Positions 1-9,513 of a stretch of 64,000 bases of DNA are shown here, piece by piece (the first letter of the stretch is position 1; the number at the start of each line of letters is the position of its first letter). The DNA comes from a virus, in IMG/VR virus record IMGVR_UViG_3300011113_000784, positions 32,001-96,000 of that record; one strand, given 5' to 3'. A model generated the notes under the pieces. It saw nothing but the letters and a program-made list of their open reading frames with translations. It was not told the DNA's origin and made no database searches. Both the position numbers and the translations under genes were made by a program.

Positions 1-12
1 CCTGATAAAAAT

Positions 13-237
13 ATGACAAAAGATAAATCTTCTCGTTATATTCGTAACAAAATCAAAGAAACTATTCTTGAGAAGAAGGAAATTTCTTTTTCTCAAATTT
101 GCAAGATGTTTTCTAGTTTTAATTATTCTATTCCGGGTTTAAACAATAATTTTAAATTGGCAAGACAAGAGCTTGAATCAGATGGCTATAACTGCGTTCG
201 TTTAAAAAGAGGTGTCTATAGATTGGAAGGCAGATAA
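13..237 (+). CDS. hypothetical protein (small, basic)
   Basis: 74-aa ORF abutting the next gene. Confidence 0.55.
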   Translation: MTKDKSSRYIRNKIKETILEKKEISFSQICKMFSSFNYSIPGLNNNFKLARQELESDGYNCVRLKRGVYRLEGR

Positions 238-726
238 ATGAATGAGCAAATAATCGTCAACCGTGTAAACGGCTTAAAAGAAGCTGTCAAATATGGAAGG
301 TTGATGGGATATGTGCTACAAGATTATTCAAATTTAAAAGGAAATCCCGATCTAGAGTTGGCAACAAAAGAATTTAAAACATGGTTGTTTAACATCGACG
401 GATACGATGTTCAATTTTATTTCAATAGTGTTAAAACTGATTATTTTGAAGAAGAAATCAATATAATTGAAACATTACAAATATGGTCTGAAGATTTATT
501 TTTTTTACCTATTTCTGTTGCAATAAAAGTTGCTATTGCTTTTTTCGGTTCTAATAATATAATTTTAACTCAAATACTCACGCCTAATAAATTTATATAT
601 TGTTGGAATAAAATGTATTCAGAAAATGGAGAAAGTTTAACTCCTAACAATCGAACTTGTATAATAAAGAATTTTTCAAAGTATAGTTATTATTTGATAA
701 AAGATGTTCCATCATTTATAGAATAA
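238..726 (+). CDS. hypothetical protein
   Basis: 162-aa ORF, starts directly after the upstream stop. Confidence 0.65.
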   Translation: MNEQIIVNRVNGLKEAVKYGRLMGYVLQDYSNLKGNPDLELATKEFKTWLFNIDGYDVQFYFNSVKTDYFEEEINIIETLQIWSEDLFFLPISVAIKVAIAFFGSNNIILTQILTPNKFIYCWNKMYSENGESLTPNNRTCIIKNFSKYSYYLIKDVPSFIE

Positions 727-784
727 GTGGCTATTTAATAAATATTTATATTCCTCTGGAGCAGCAATAACATGCTGAAACATT

Positions 785-1099
785 ATGACAAATCAAAAGC
801 CATCAACCAGCAGGATTCAGGCATCTCTTATAAAACATTTGGAAAAATACGGGTCAATTCAATTACAATTGCCCGATAATTTTGTTGTAGAGATAGGAAT
901 TACTAATGAAGATGATGCAGGGAATATTAAAAAATCTGAAAATTATTGCTATGTAATTGTTAAAAATGATCTTAGAGCAACAGTGATTGATAAATATAAT
1001 ATTGGTATCCGTTGTGAAGACAATGATAAAGCAGTTATTCTAGATGATAAATTTGTTGACAATGATGGTAATAAAGTTCGTTCTATAAATGTTGTTTAA
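785..1099 (+). CDS. hypothetical protein
   Basis: 104-aa ORF. Confidence 0.65.
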   Translation: MTNQKPSTSRIQASLIKHLEKYGSIQLQLPDNFVVEIGITNEDDAGNIKKSENYCYVIVKNDLRATVIDKYNIGIRCEDNDKAVILDDKFVDNDGNKVRSINVV

Positions 1100-1122
1100 T
1101 AACTAATTTAATTAGGGTATCA

Positions 1123-1404
1123 ATGTTATTTGAGGATTTGATTGTGAAAAAGATTCCTTCTTTTTTTGTTAAGATGAGTGATTATGATTTAACATACCTT
1201 TATACAAGGTTGTTACATCGTTATCAAGATGATTTGGTTCAAGCTTTTGATTTGATTGGAAAGAAATTTTTAGAAATTAATGAGTATTTAACAAATGTAG
1301 ATTGCTCATCTGATTTCCATTCTAACTTGGAAGATTTTACTGTGTTAGTTTTTAATGAGGTCAAACGCCGAAAAATAGCAGACCCTGTTCTAAACCCGTC
1401 TTAA
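1123..1404 (+). CDS. hypothetical protein
   Basis: 93-aa ORF with AGGG upstream, followed by a terminator. Confidence 0.65.
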   Translation: MLFEDLIVKKIPSFFVKMSDYDLTYLYTRLLHRYQDDLVQAFDLIGKKFLEINEYLTNVDCSSDFHSNLEDFTVLVFNEVKRRKIADPVLNPS

Positions 1405-1429
1405 GGGGGTGATTTCAAGGGTTGGAACT

Positions 1430-1461
1430 GTAACCCACCAGAAATGGTGGGTTACTTTTTT
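1430..1461 (+). terminator. Rho-independent terminator
   Basis: GTAACCCACCA-GAAA-TGGTGGGTTAC perfect 11-bp stem followed by a T run. Confidence 0.9.
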
Positions 1462-1501
1462 ATTTTATACAAATATATAAAATTCAAACATAATTATAAT
1501 T

Positions 1502-2362
1502 ATGACAATTGATGAGATTGAAAAATTATTTGTTATTTATTTGTGGAGAAAACCTCATAAAGGCGATATAGAATATCATATTCATAAAAATCCAAATGAT
1601 TTTAGAAAAGAAATAGAAAATTGCTCTGAAAGAAAACAACTTGTATCTGGACCTAGAATAATAAACAAAAACAATTATCCTGATAATAAACCAATTGATG
1701 AAAATGAAGTTAAAATAATAATTGGAAGTAATGAAAATTTTTATAAAAAAACAATTCCAGTGATAGTGCCATCTTTATTGATGGCTGGAATAAAAAGAAG
1801 CAACATAATAGTTTTCATAGCAGGCAGTCATGTGAAATATCAAGAAATTATTGGTGATATTAATTTCAGATTTCTTAATCATAATTCTTTTGAAAATTCT
1901 GCTTTAATTGATATTGTAGAATCTGATCTAACAAGTAAATTTTGGTTTTTTATTCATGATACATGTAAAGTTGGAAAAAATTTTAAAAATATTATGCTTG
2001 ATATTCCTACCCATATTGAAAAAGTAGCTTTACGAAGTTTTCCATCTATGTCAATAGGTTTATACTCACATGAATATTTGTTAAAACATAAAGATGAGAT
2101 AATGAAAACAAAAAACACAATTTATGATTACGATGTTTTGGTTGAAAGGAAATTGTGGGGAATACCTAATGAAGATTTATTTTTGTGGCTAATTGAACCA
2201 GAAAAAACATATTGTTATAATTTCGGCAATTGTCGCATTATAGATAACAATAATTGGTATGGAGAAAAAACAAAAAGATTCACAGAATATTATCCAGATC
2301 TTGATTTATACAAGAATAAATCAAATTGGCATTCTTACTTTGGCAAAAACTTGGAATTATAA
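1502..2362 (+). CDS. putative glycosyltransferase-like (GT-A) protein
   Basis: 286 aa; FWFFIHDT DxD-like motif and NED motif. Confidence 0.4.
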   Translation: MTIDEIEKLFVIYLWRKPHKGDIEYHIHKNPNDFRKEIENCSERKQLVSGPRIINKNNYPDNKPIDENEVKIIIGSNENFYKKTIPVIVPSLLMAGIKRSNIIVFIAGSHVKYQEIIGDINFRFLNHNSFENSALIDIVESDLTSKFWFFIHDTCKVGKNFKNIMLDIPTHIEKVALRSFPSMSIGLYSHEYLLKHKDEIMKTKNTIYDYDVLVERKLWGIPNEDLFLWLIEPEKTYCYNFGNCRIIDNNNWYGEKTKRFTEYYPDLDLYKNKSNWHSYFGKNLEL

Positions 2363-2384
2363 AATTCAACAAGTTAGTTCAAAT

Positions 2385-2412
2385 TTGACAGGCAATTTAT
2401 AATACATATAAT
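2385..2412 (+). promoter_or_regulatory. sigma70-type promoter of the helicase
   Basis: TTGACA-16 nt-TATAAT. Confidence 0.75.
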
Positions 2413-2413
2413 A

Positions 2414-4201
2414 ATGGACATGATAACTTTGACTGAAGAAACCGAAGAAAAGGATTCTTCTTTATTTTCATATTACAAATATCCCTTTGAAAAATTCAAT
2501 GTTGTTCAAAGCACTGTCTTAGAACATTATCAAACTCCTAATAATTTTATTATCGCTTCTGCCACCAACAGTGGAAAAACTGTCATGGCAGAGTTTTTCT
2601 TGTTCGACGCTTTAACTGCAAAGAATAAAAAAGCCATTTATTTGTGTCCTCTTAAGTCTCTTGCAGCTGAAAAGCATACTGCTTGGTCAGATGAGTCTCA
2701 TCCATTCCACAAAAGCAAAATCAGACTTATGGCAGGAGATGAAGAAAAGACACATACCGGCAATCTTATTGTCGCAACTATTGAAAGTTTTTGTCACAAG
2801 GTCAGAACAGAACCAAATTGCTTTGATGATGTGGAAGTCATCATTGTAGATGAAGCCCACATGCTTGGCACTGATGATCGTGGTGCTACACTTGAGTTTG
2901 CTCTAACAGAATTTGCTAGAAAGAATAGTGCCAAGATTGTGTTCTTAAGCGGCACATTGCCAAATGCTAATCAAATAGCAGAATGGCTATCTGTCCTCAA
3001 TAAAAGAAAAACAATGGTTCTTAATTCCACATATAGGGCTGTTCCTCTCAATATTCATTATCGAAGATATGACACTTCCTTGAATCAAGGAACTAATCCT
3101 ATTGATATGTTTGATTCGATAATCAAAATTTGTGATAAGAACAGTTCAGACAAAATACTTGTTTTTGTTCATTCTAAAAATTTGGGGAAAAGGTTGGTTA
3201 AATACATTGGCGAAAGAGGCTTAGAAGCAAAGTTTCATTCCGCCGATCTTGTTGCTTCTAAAAGAAAGGCGCTTGAGAAGGAATTCAAAGAAGGCTCTCT
3301 CCGATTACTTGTTGCAACAAGCACTCTTGCTGCGGGCGTGAATCTTCCTGCCAGAAGGGTAATTATTGCTGGTGTTGTGAGAGGAAATCAATTAGTAGAA
3401 AAGTCTGAAATATTTCAGATGATTGGTCGTAGTGGCAGAAAAGGAATTGATGAACAGGGCGATGCTTATATCTTTTTTCCTGACAACAAAATCACTTTGG
3501 TAAATGAATACAAAAAGGTTGATAATGTTGTTTCAAAGTTATTTATAACAAATGATGATCTTGAATATCATAAGCTTGCTGGTCACATTCTTTCTTTAAT
3601 CTATTTAGAGAAAAAACTTAGCTTTAATAAGATATGGAATGTTTTAAACAATACATTTGGTGCTTGCTCTGGCAAGATGAAATCTGATTACTTGCAGAAC
3701 ACATTAGATCGATTAGTATCAATGAAATTCATTGAACTTATAAATGATGATTACAAGATAAGAAAGCTAGGAATTCCAAGCGTATTGTTTTTCATTGACC
3801 CCTATGACATGAATGTTTGGGTTAAAAGTTTTTCTCGTTATTTTGCTGGATCTTTGAGAAAAGACTCTTTAGTCACTTATTATCTTTCGTTGATACCATC
3901 TAATACAAAATCATTTATTACAGAAGAAGAGAAATTGTTCTGTCGTCAATATTCTGACAGGCTTCGTGAGTTGCTTGGAAACAATTTTATTGAAACTTCT
4001 GCAATAAAATATGGTTATCTTTATTATTGCCTATTAAACAATAGATCTACAGCAATGTTGTCTCCTTTGATTCCTGCTGCGGCTAAGGATTTTGGCAGGA
4101 TTTGTGCTTGTTTAAACATGCTTTCCAAGATTTGTCAATGGAAGTGCGAAAACAATTTCTTCACAGATCTTAAGGAAAGATTTCATCGCAAAAAAGTTTA
4201 A
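2414..4201 (+). CDS. Ski2/Hel308-like SF2 DEAH helicase
   Basis: ATNSGKT Walker A, DEAH, SGT, TSTLAAGVNLPA and QMIGRSGR motifs; the start may be ATG 2420. Confidence 0.9.
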   Translation: MDMITLTEETEEKDSSLFSYYKYPFEKFNVVQSTVLEHYQTPNNFIIASATNSGKTVMAEFFLFDALTAKNKKAIYLCPLKSLAAEKHTAWSDESHPFHKSKIRLMAGDEEKTHTGNLIVATIESFCHKVRTEPNCFDDVEVIIVDEAHMLGTDDRGATLEFALTEFARKNSAKIVFLSGTLPNANQIAEWLSVLNKRKTMVLNSTYRAVPLNIHYRRYDTSLNQGTNPIDMFDSIIKICDKNSSDKILVFVHSKNLGKRLVKYIGERGLEAKFHSADLVASKRKALEKEFKEGSLRLLVATSTLAAGVNLPARRVIIAGVVRGNQLVEKSEIFQMIGRSGRKGIDEQGDAYIFFPDNKITLVNEYKKVDNVVSKLFITNDDLEYHKLAGHILSLIYLEKKLSFNKIWNVLNNTFGACSGKMKSDYLQNTLDRLVSMKFIELINDDYKIRKLGIPSVLFFIDPYDMNVWVKSFSRYFAGSLRKDSLVTYYLSLIPSNTKSFITEEEKLFCRQYSDRLRELLGNNFIETSAIKYGYLYYCLLNNRSTAMLSPLIPAAAKDFGRICACLNMLSKICQWKCENNFFTDLKERFHRKKV

Positions 4202-4238
4202 TCATGCTCCTTTAGTTAAAGGCTTTTAGGAGCAATTT

Positions 4239-4862
4239 ATGTCAGCAGAAAAGTTTTACACAGGAAAATTGGTAAAGCCCAAGCTGATTAAGTTCACCCA
4301 TGAAAATTCAGAAAAAATTGCTTATAAAGTTTGTATAGAAGCAGATGAATATAATCTTTGTGTAGAAAGTGCCCGTAATATGTGGGCTAATAAGAAAAAA
4401 GGATCATATGGTAAAGGATTGGTTAATACCGAAGATGATCCCTATCGTACAGAAAGAACGGGAAAACTTGGAGAAATGGCTTTTTCTAAGATATTTCAAT
4501 TTCCTGTAGATCTCACCTATCGTGAAGGTGGAGATGACCAAGACTTTCTTTGTAATGGAAAGAAGATCAACATCAAAACCAGTACGAAGAAACCTTGGTA
4601 TGCCGCTGGCTTGGTCACTGCTGGACATTATCGAGGACAAGACTTTGTGCCTTTAGAAATCAAACATGATTATTATGTGTTTGGTTATATCGAAATGGAA
4701 GACAAAAAAGCCAACATCGCTTCAGTTGTGTTTGTTGGAGGTTGTGATAAAAACACATTAATCAATAGAGAAATTAAAAGAGCGATTAAAGGGCATCACA
4801 TGAACTATCAGATTTCTTATTCTGAATTAACAGACATTAATAAGATTTCTTTTAATCAGTAG
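4239..4862 (+). CDS. putative PD-(D/E)xK-fold nuclease
   Basis: GKLGEMAF...D.DF...INIKT pattern; AGGAG SD. Confidence 0.45.
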   Translation: MSAEKFYTGKLVKPKLIKFTHENSEKIAYKVCIEADEYNLCVESARNMWANKKKGSYGKGLVNTEDDPYRTERTGKLGEMAFSKIFQFPVDLTYREGGDDQDFLCNGKKINIKTSTKKPWYAAGLVTAGHYRGQDFVPLEIKHDYYVFGYIEMEDKKANIASVVFVGGCDKNTLINREIKRAIKGHHMNYQISYSELTDINKISFNQ

Positions 4863-5091
4863 GTTTTCCGAAAAAGTTTTCTGGATATTCCATTTTAACT
4901 ACTTTTTCGCCTTTGACTTCTTCTTCCCAAAAGCGTACCTGCTCCACAGGTACGCCTAGTTCAATATAATGACAATTGTCGTTTGCGTTAACTGGCATGT
5001 TAACATTTTTGCCTTCATATAATATGTTTACTTTGCAAGTTTTATTGTTTTTGTCGAAACAAAAACAATTTTTGCATTTTTTGTTATTCAT
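4852..5091 (-). CDS. small Cys-rich hypothetical protein
   Basis: CxxCxxF...C...C motif. Confidence 0.55.
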   Translation of the reverse strand: MNNKKCKNCFCFDKNNKTCKVNILYEGKNVNMPVNANDNCHYIELGVPVEQVRFWEEEVKGEKVVKMEYPENFFGKPTD

Positions 5092-5167
5092 GACTAGTGT
5101 AGTCTGAGTACACGCTTCTCATTTATTTATGATAGTGTGTCAAAGTAAAAAGTCAAAGGGTTTCAAC

Positions 5168-5815
5168 ATGAAGAACATCATTATTGGTTTGTTCGGACAA
5201 GCAGCTTGTGGCAAAGACACGATTGCTAACATTTTGACACCAAGGCTTTGGCAATATATTGATTATGAAAAGCCATTAGTTAGAAAAGTAGCTTTTGCAT
5301 ACAATGTCAAAAAAATATTTTGCGATTATTTCGATGTTGACATGGATTTTATTGAGCAATGGAAAAGGAATCCAGAACCACCTCCCGGTTTTTTGATGAA
5401 TGTTAGGCAATCACTTCAGATGATTGGTGATGGATTCAGAAAGATCAAAAGTTCTATATGGATTGATAAAGTGATCGACAAAGTAGCAAATGTTGTCATC
5501 ACAGATGGTCGCTATCTTAACGAAGCAAATACTATTAAACAAAAAGGTGGAATAAATATTTTAGTTAATCGCCCTTCACATAGAAATAATGACCAAAATG
5601 ATAGCGAAAAGATTATGGGAGAAGTATCGGAATATTTTACAACCAAGAATGTTTGCGGATATTTAGTTAGTGAAAAATATCCAATGTTTGATTACTGTTT
5701 GAACAATAATGGAGACATACAAGACCTTGAAAAAAAGGTTGTCAACAGCTTGATTCCTTTTATTATTAAAAAATTTGAATTAGAAGAGGTTTTACTTGTG
5801 GAAAAGGGCAAGTAA
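5168..5815 (+). CDS. deoxynucleoside monophosphate kinase (T4 gp1-like)
   Basis: IIGLFGQAACGKDT P-loop, RQSLQMIG, W.DKV and ITDGRYLNE motifs; start moved to ATG 5168. Confidence 0.85.
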   Translation: MKNIIIGLFGQAACGKDTIANILTPRLWQYIDYEKPLVRKVAFAYNVKKIFCDYFDVDMDFIEQWKRNPEPPPGFLMNVRQSLQMIGDGFRKIKSSIWIDKVIDKVANVVITDGRYLNEANTIKQKGGINILVNRPSHRNNDQNDSEKIMGEVSEYFTTKNVCGYLVSEKYPMFDYCLNNNGDIQDLEKKVVNSLIPFIIKKFELEEVLLVEKGK

Positions 5816-6439
5816 TTATTTTAACTTTTTCAAAGCGTTTTCAGTCATGACGATGAATTCCCAATTTCTTTTTTTGCAGTAGATATTTGCTGCTTTCCAT
5901 TTGGCAATGTTTTTATCCCATTTTGTTTGTGATTTAGGTTTTATTTCCCACAATTCTATTTTACCGTCAACATATTCTACTAATATATCAGGAATATAAT
6001 TGTGTGTTCCTCCATTGAAGGAATATTCTATTTGTAAGCTTTCAGCTTTGTATCTTTTTACTTTTTTGTTCTTTTCTAAATGTTTTATGAATTTAAGTTC
6101 TAAGCCGCTTCGAAAAAAGATATCGCAATGGTTTTTTTCTGAATAGAAATTTCCTTGCTTAAATTTAGTGATCTTTTTGCCAGTCTTTTTTCCTTTTTTT
6201 TTTATATCACGAATGATAAGCGCCCTTGTTTGGGTTCCGGGCGGGATGACTTCGCTTATGTGTTTGGAACGGTAATGAGCAATTAAATCTCTTGTGGGTA
6301 TTTCACAAGAAGGACAAATAACATAATCATCGCCTTCTTTATGTTCGGTGACAATATGTGCCCTGAGAAGATCTAATTGATCGTAACTTTGTTCACAAAC
6401 GAAACAACAATAGTTTCTATTTAGAATTTTTTTGTCCAT
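5816..6439 (-). CDS. TnsA-like / T4 gp4-like head-completion nuclease with two N-terminal C2H2 zinc fingers
   Basis: FRSGLE...YIPD...EIKP...N.AKW.AA...F.VMTE; CxxC-12-HxxxxH and CxxC...HxxxxH at the N-terminus. Confidence 0.75.
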   Translation of the reverse strand: MDKKILNRNYCCFVCEQSYDQLDLLRAHIVTEHKEGDDYVICPSCEIPTRDLIAHYRSKHISEVIPPGTQTRALIIRDIKKKGKKTGKKITKFKQGNFYSEKNHCDIFFRSGLELKFIKHLEKNKKVKRYKAESLQIEYSFNGGTHNYIPDILVEYVDGKIELWEIKPKSQTKWDKNIAKWKAANIYCKKRNWEFIVMTENALKKLK

Positions 6440-6457
6440 GTAATAATATATATTTCT

Positions 6458-6823
6458 GTGAAAACTTTTATCCAATATATTACCGAAGAAAGAAAGAATT
6501 CAGACTTTATGACAAGTTTGAATCTTTTGAACATTGATCCTAAAACAGCGGAAAAAGCTATTGAAAAAGTACCTTCTGTATTTTCACAAGCTATTTATGG
6601 TGATGATGAAATTGGCACTTCCGTTTTTGATGTGAAAAAAGTTGGTAAAAACTACATCATGAAAAACAGAAATGTTTTTGGTAATTTAACTTATAAAAAT
6701 CATGTTCCATCAAAATTGAAAATTAACACAATAGTAACGCCAACTTTTGTTGATTATTTGAAAAACCAAGGAATTGTTGGCGCTGAAAAATATAATGATT
6801 TTTTAAAAGGTAAGAAAGCATGA
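6458..6823 (+). CDS. putative internal head protein
   Basis: GTG start; N-terminus MKTFIQYITEE resembles the T4 capsid-targeting sequence (CTS). Confidence 0.55.
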   Translation: MKTFIQYITEERKNSDFMTSLNLLNIDPKTAEKAIEKVPSVFSQAIYGDDEIGTSVFDVKKVGKNYIMKNRNVFGNLTYKNHVPSKLKINTIVTPTFVDYLKNQGIVGAEKYNDFLKGKKA

Positions 6824-7032
6824 CAGGGTTTAAAAAATGGTTACAGGTGGATGAAGTGGCTACTAGCACAGCAGATGTAGCTCATTTTGCTATGCCTATC
6901 GGTGCTGGCATGATAACCAGAAAATTCCCTCAGTTTTTTAGTGTTGGACAATATGGATTTGGCGGACCTCTTCAACAATTGACCGATACGGATTATGTCA
7001 AACCAAAGAAAAAGAAGAAAGGCAATTCATGA
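6820..7032 (+). CDS. putative internal head protein
   Basis: MTGFKKWLQVDE CTS-like start, basic tail, ATGA coupling. Confidence 0.55.
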   Translation: MTGFKKWLQVDEVATSTADVAHFAMPIGAGMITRKFPQFFSVGQYGFGGPLQQLTDTDYVKPKKKKKGNS

Positions 7033-7652
7033 GAAGTTTTATTGATTTTATAGAAGATAAAGACATTAATCAAATTTCTGAAGAAATTTTGCATCATTTG
7101 GCTTATCAGAGCAATTTTGTTAACATTTACAATGTTCTTGAAGAGATATTTGTCGCCCAATATGGCGAAAAGAACAAAATACATATTGTTGAAGCATTTG
7201 AAAATCAGCCATCTGCTGCTTCACAAATGGGTCGTGGTGCCCTTGGTTTAGGAAAAGCTGCTTTAGGCGGTCTTGGCGCTGGTATTGGCGGTTTTGCAGG
7301 CGGTATCGCAGGCGGCATAGGTGGTGCCCTTGGTGGCGCTTATAGAGGTATGTTTGGCGGTAAAAGCCAACCAGAATCAAAAGGAGGAGTAGCCGCAGGA
7401 GCCGCACCCGGTATGCGTATGGCAAAAGCTGGTATAGAACAAGCTAAAAAATCATGGCAAAAACTTGGTATGCAAGAAATGATTGGAAAGTATAGAATTG
7501 CTGCTAAAGCTTTGTCAGATTATCAAATGGCTTTGAAGAACATGCCAAATATAGAAGGATTGAGAAAGCAAATAATTGATTTAAAAAATCAACTTGTTTA
7601 TGTGACAAGCAATATTGAACAATCACTCAAAAAACAAGGTCTTTTAGATTAA
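7029..7652 (+). CDS. putative internal head protein with glycine-zipper segment
   Basis: MRSFIDFIE start; long GxxG/GGxAG run. Confidence 0.6.
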   Translation: MRSFIDFIEDKDINQISEEILHHLAYQSNFVNIYNVLEEIFVAQYGEKNKIHIVEAFENQPSAASQMGRGALGLGKAALGGLGAGIGGFAGGIAGGIGGALGGAYRGMFGGKSQPESKGGVAAGAAPGMRMAKAGIEQAKKSWQKLGMQEMIGKYRIAAKALSDYQMALKNMPNIEGLRKQIIDLKNQLVYVTSNIEQSLKKQGLLD

Positions 7653-7765
7653 AATTATTTGAGTTGCTGCATACATAATTATGGAGGTTTCGATCTCCGT
7701 AATGTTAAAATCTTAATAAAAAATACTTAGAAAATTTTACAATTAGTCATATGACAGGTTTCTTG

Positions 7766-7798
7766 GCGGGGGTTCCTAAAAACCCCCGCTTTTTTTTT
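7766..7798 (+). terminator. Rho-independent terminator
   Basis: GCGGGGGTT-CCTAAA-AACCCCCGC followed by T9. Confidence 0.9.
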
Positions 7799-7824
7799 GC
7801 ATTGTTTCTTTACTATGCTATAAT
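7797..7824 (+). promoter_or_regulatory. sigma70-type promoter of thyX
   Basis: TTGCAT-16 nt-TATAAT with an extended -10 TGn. Confidence 0.65.
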
Positions 7825-7848
7825 GTCGAATCTACAGAGGATTATGTA

Positions 7849-8718
7849 ATGGATGCTTTTTCGCTTCTGCCCACCACCAAAATTGATTGTTTGGACAAAG
7901 GGTTTGTCCAAATTGTTGATGTGATGCCACGGGAGATCCCCGAAGGTCAAACCTGCGATTACGCAATCTGTCAAGCTGCAAGAGTTTCGTATGGAGATGG
8001 AACTAAAACTGTAAATGAAGATAAAGGATTAGATCGTTATTTGATGAGACACAGCCATACGACTCCAAATGAAATGATTGTTTTTAAATACAGAATTAAA
8101 GTTCCCATTTTTATTGCTAGACAAATGACACGGCACAGAATGATTTCGCTGAATGAGGTGTCAGGAAGATATTCCGTTATGAAAGATGATTTCTATATTC
8201 CAAGATCTGAAGAAATAAGGGCACAATCAAAAACAAATAAACAAGGATCTGATGGCGCACTAGAAAAAGATCAAGCAGAAATTTATGCTCAATCTATTGA
8301 AAAACATTGTCGTGATTCATATGATATTTATTTGAAAATGATTGAATCTGGCGTATCGAGAGAACAAGCAAGAATGGTTTTACCTTTAAATTTGTATACT
8401 GAATTTTACTGGAAGCAAGATTTACATAATTTATTGCATTTTTTATCGTTAAGAACAGATTCACATGCTCAATACGAGATTCAAGTTTACGCCAATGCTA
8501 TGTTAGATTTAATAAGACCTCTCGTTCCTTGGACAATTGAGGCATGGGATGATTATCATGTCATGCGTGGAGCTGTTAAATTAACACGATTGGAAAAGGA
8601 AGCTTTAATTGAATTTATGCAAAACAAAAATTGTCAGGCTCCAGATATAAAAACGGACAACAAAAGAGAACAGGCTGAATGGAAAGAGAAAGCAAAAAAA
8701 TTAGGATTCAGTGATTGA
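7849..8718 (+). CDS. thyX: flavin-dependent thymidylate synthase
   Basis: AARVSY, H.TP.E, ARQMTRHR...S.NEVSGRY, EQARMVLP and LR...HAQYEI motifs. Confidence 0.95.
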   Translation: MDAFSLLPTTKIDCLDKGFVQIVDVMPREIPEGQTCDYAICQAARVSYGDGTKTVNEDKGLDRYLMRHSHTTPNEMIVFKYRIKVPIFIARQMTRHRMISLNEVSGRYSVMKDDFYIPRSEEIRAQSKTNKQGSDGALEKDQAEIYAQSIEKHCRDSYDIYLKMIESGVSREQARMVLPLNLYTEFYWKQDLHNLLHFLSLRTDSHAQYEIQVYANAMLDLIRPLVPWTIEAWDDYHVMRGAVKLTRLEKEALIEFMQNKNCQAPDIKTDNKREQAEWKEKAKKLGFSD

Positions 8719-8770
8719 TTTTTGCTATATACAATAATTCCCCTAACTAATTTAGTTAAGGGGAAAAATT

Positions 8771-9199
8771 ATGAGCTTTGATAATTTCTATCGATATGTT
8801 TCTCTTGGTTTAAGTTCATTGACGCTTTTTGGTGTTATGATCTTGGTAAGCGCCAAGATGCCAAATAATTCTGGTTCAAAAATTAGTGAAACAGAATTAC
8901 AATCTCAACTTGCAACAAAAACATTGTATCTTGACAATGTAAACTGGATTCTTTCTAAGAATCCAGAGATTACAATTGTTGACAATCAGGTGTCAGATGG
9001 AATCAATGTCATATTTCATGAAGTGAAAGACACAAAGAATATTAGACTTGCTGATCCTAAGTTTTCCATGAAAGAAGATGATAAGACCGATAATGTTTTG
9101 GTTAAGATGCGAGCTTTTTGTAAGTCTTTAGCTGAAAATGTAAAGGGAAGGATGATTGTCACTAAGACATCTGTTATTGATTCAAGAATTTCAGAATAA
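8771..9199 (+). CDS. membrane-anchored hypothetical protein
   Basis: N-terminal hydrophobic helix. Confidence 0.6.
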   Translation: MSFDNFYRYVSLGLSSLTLFGVMILVSAKMPNNSGSKISETELQSQLATKTLYLDNVNWILSKNPEITIVDNQVSDGINVIFHEVKDTKNIRLADPKFSMKEDDKTDNVLVKMRAFCKSLAENVKGRMIVTKTSVIDSRISE

Positions 9200-9228
9200 T
9201 TTTGCTGACCAGCAAAGGATTACTATGG

Positions 9229-9513
9229 TCATGTCGGGCACAATAGTTTGGATTTGTTTTTCTTAAAATAATATTTGGAGGAAGATGGACGATTTTGAAG
9301 AGGAAGAAAGTTTTGAGAATTATTTAATTGTGATGGTTCTGACTTTTCTTTTTTGGCTTCTTCTTCTTTACTCTTTGCATCAAGTGTTTTGATCAACTCT
9401 TTGATTTCAGCTTTTTCAATTTCCTCTTTGCTAGGAAATTTTACGACTGGTGGCTCTTGAGCTAAGCAAATGCTTGATGCAAAGAGACATGTAAGAATTA
9501 TTCTATTTATCAT
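9229..9513 (-). CDS. secreted hypothetical protein
   Basis: signal-peptide-like N-terminus. Confidence 0.55.
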   Translation of the reverse strand: MINRIILTCLFASSICLAQEPPVVKFPSKEEIEKAEIKELIKTLDAKSKEEEAKKEKSEPSQLNNSQNFLPLQNRPSSSKYYFKKNKSKLLCPT

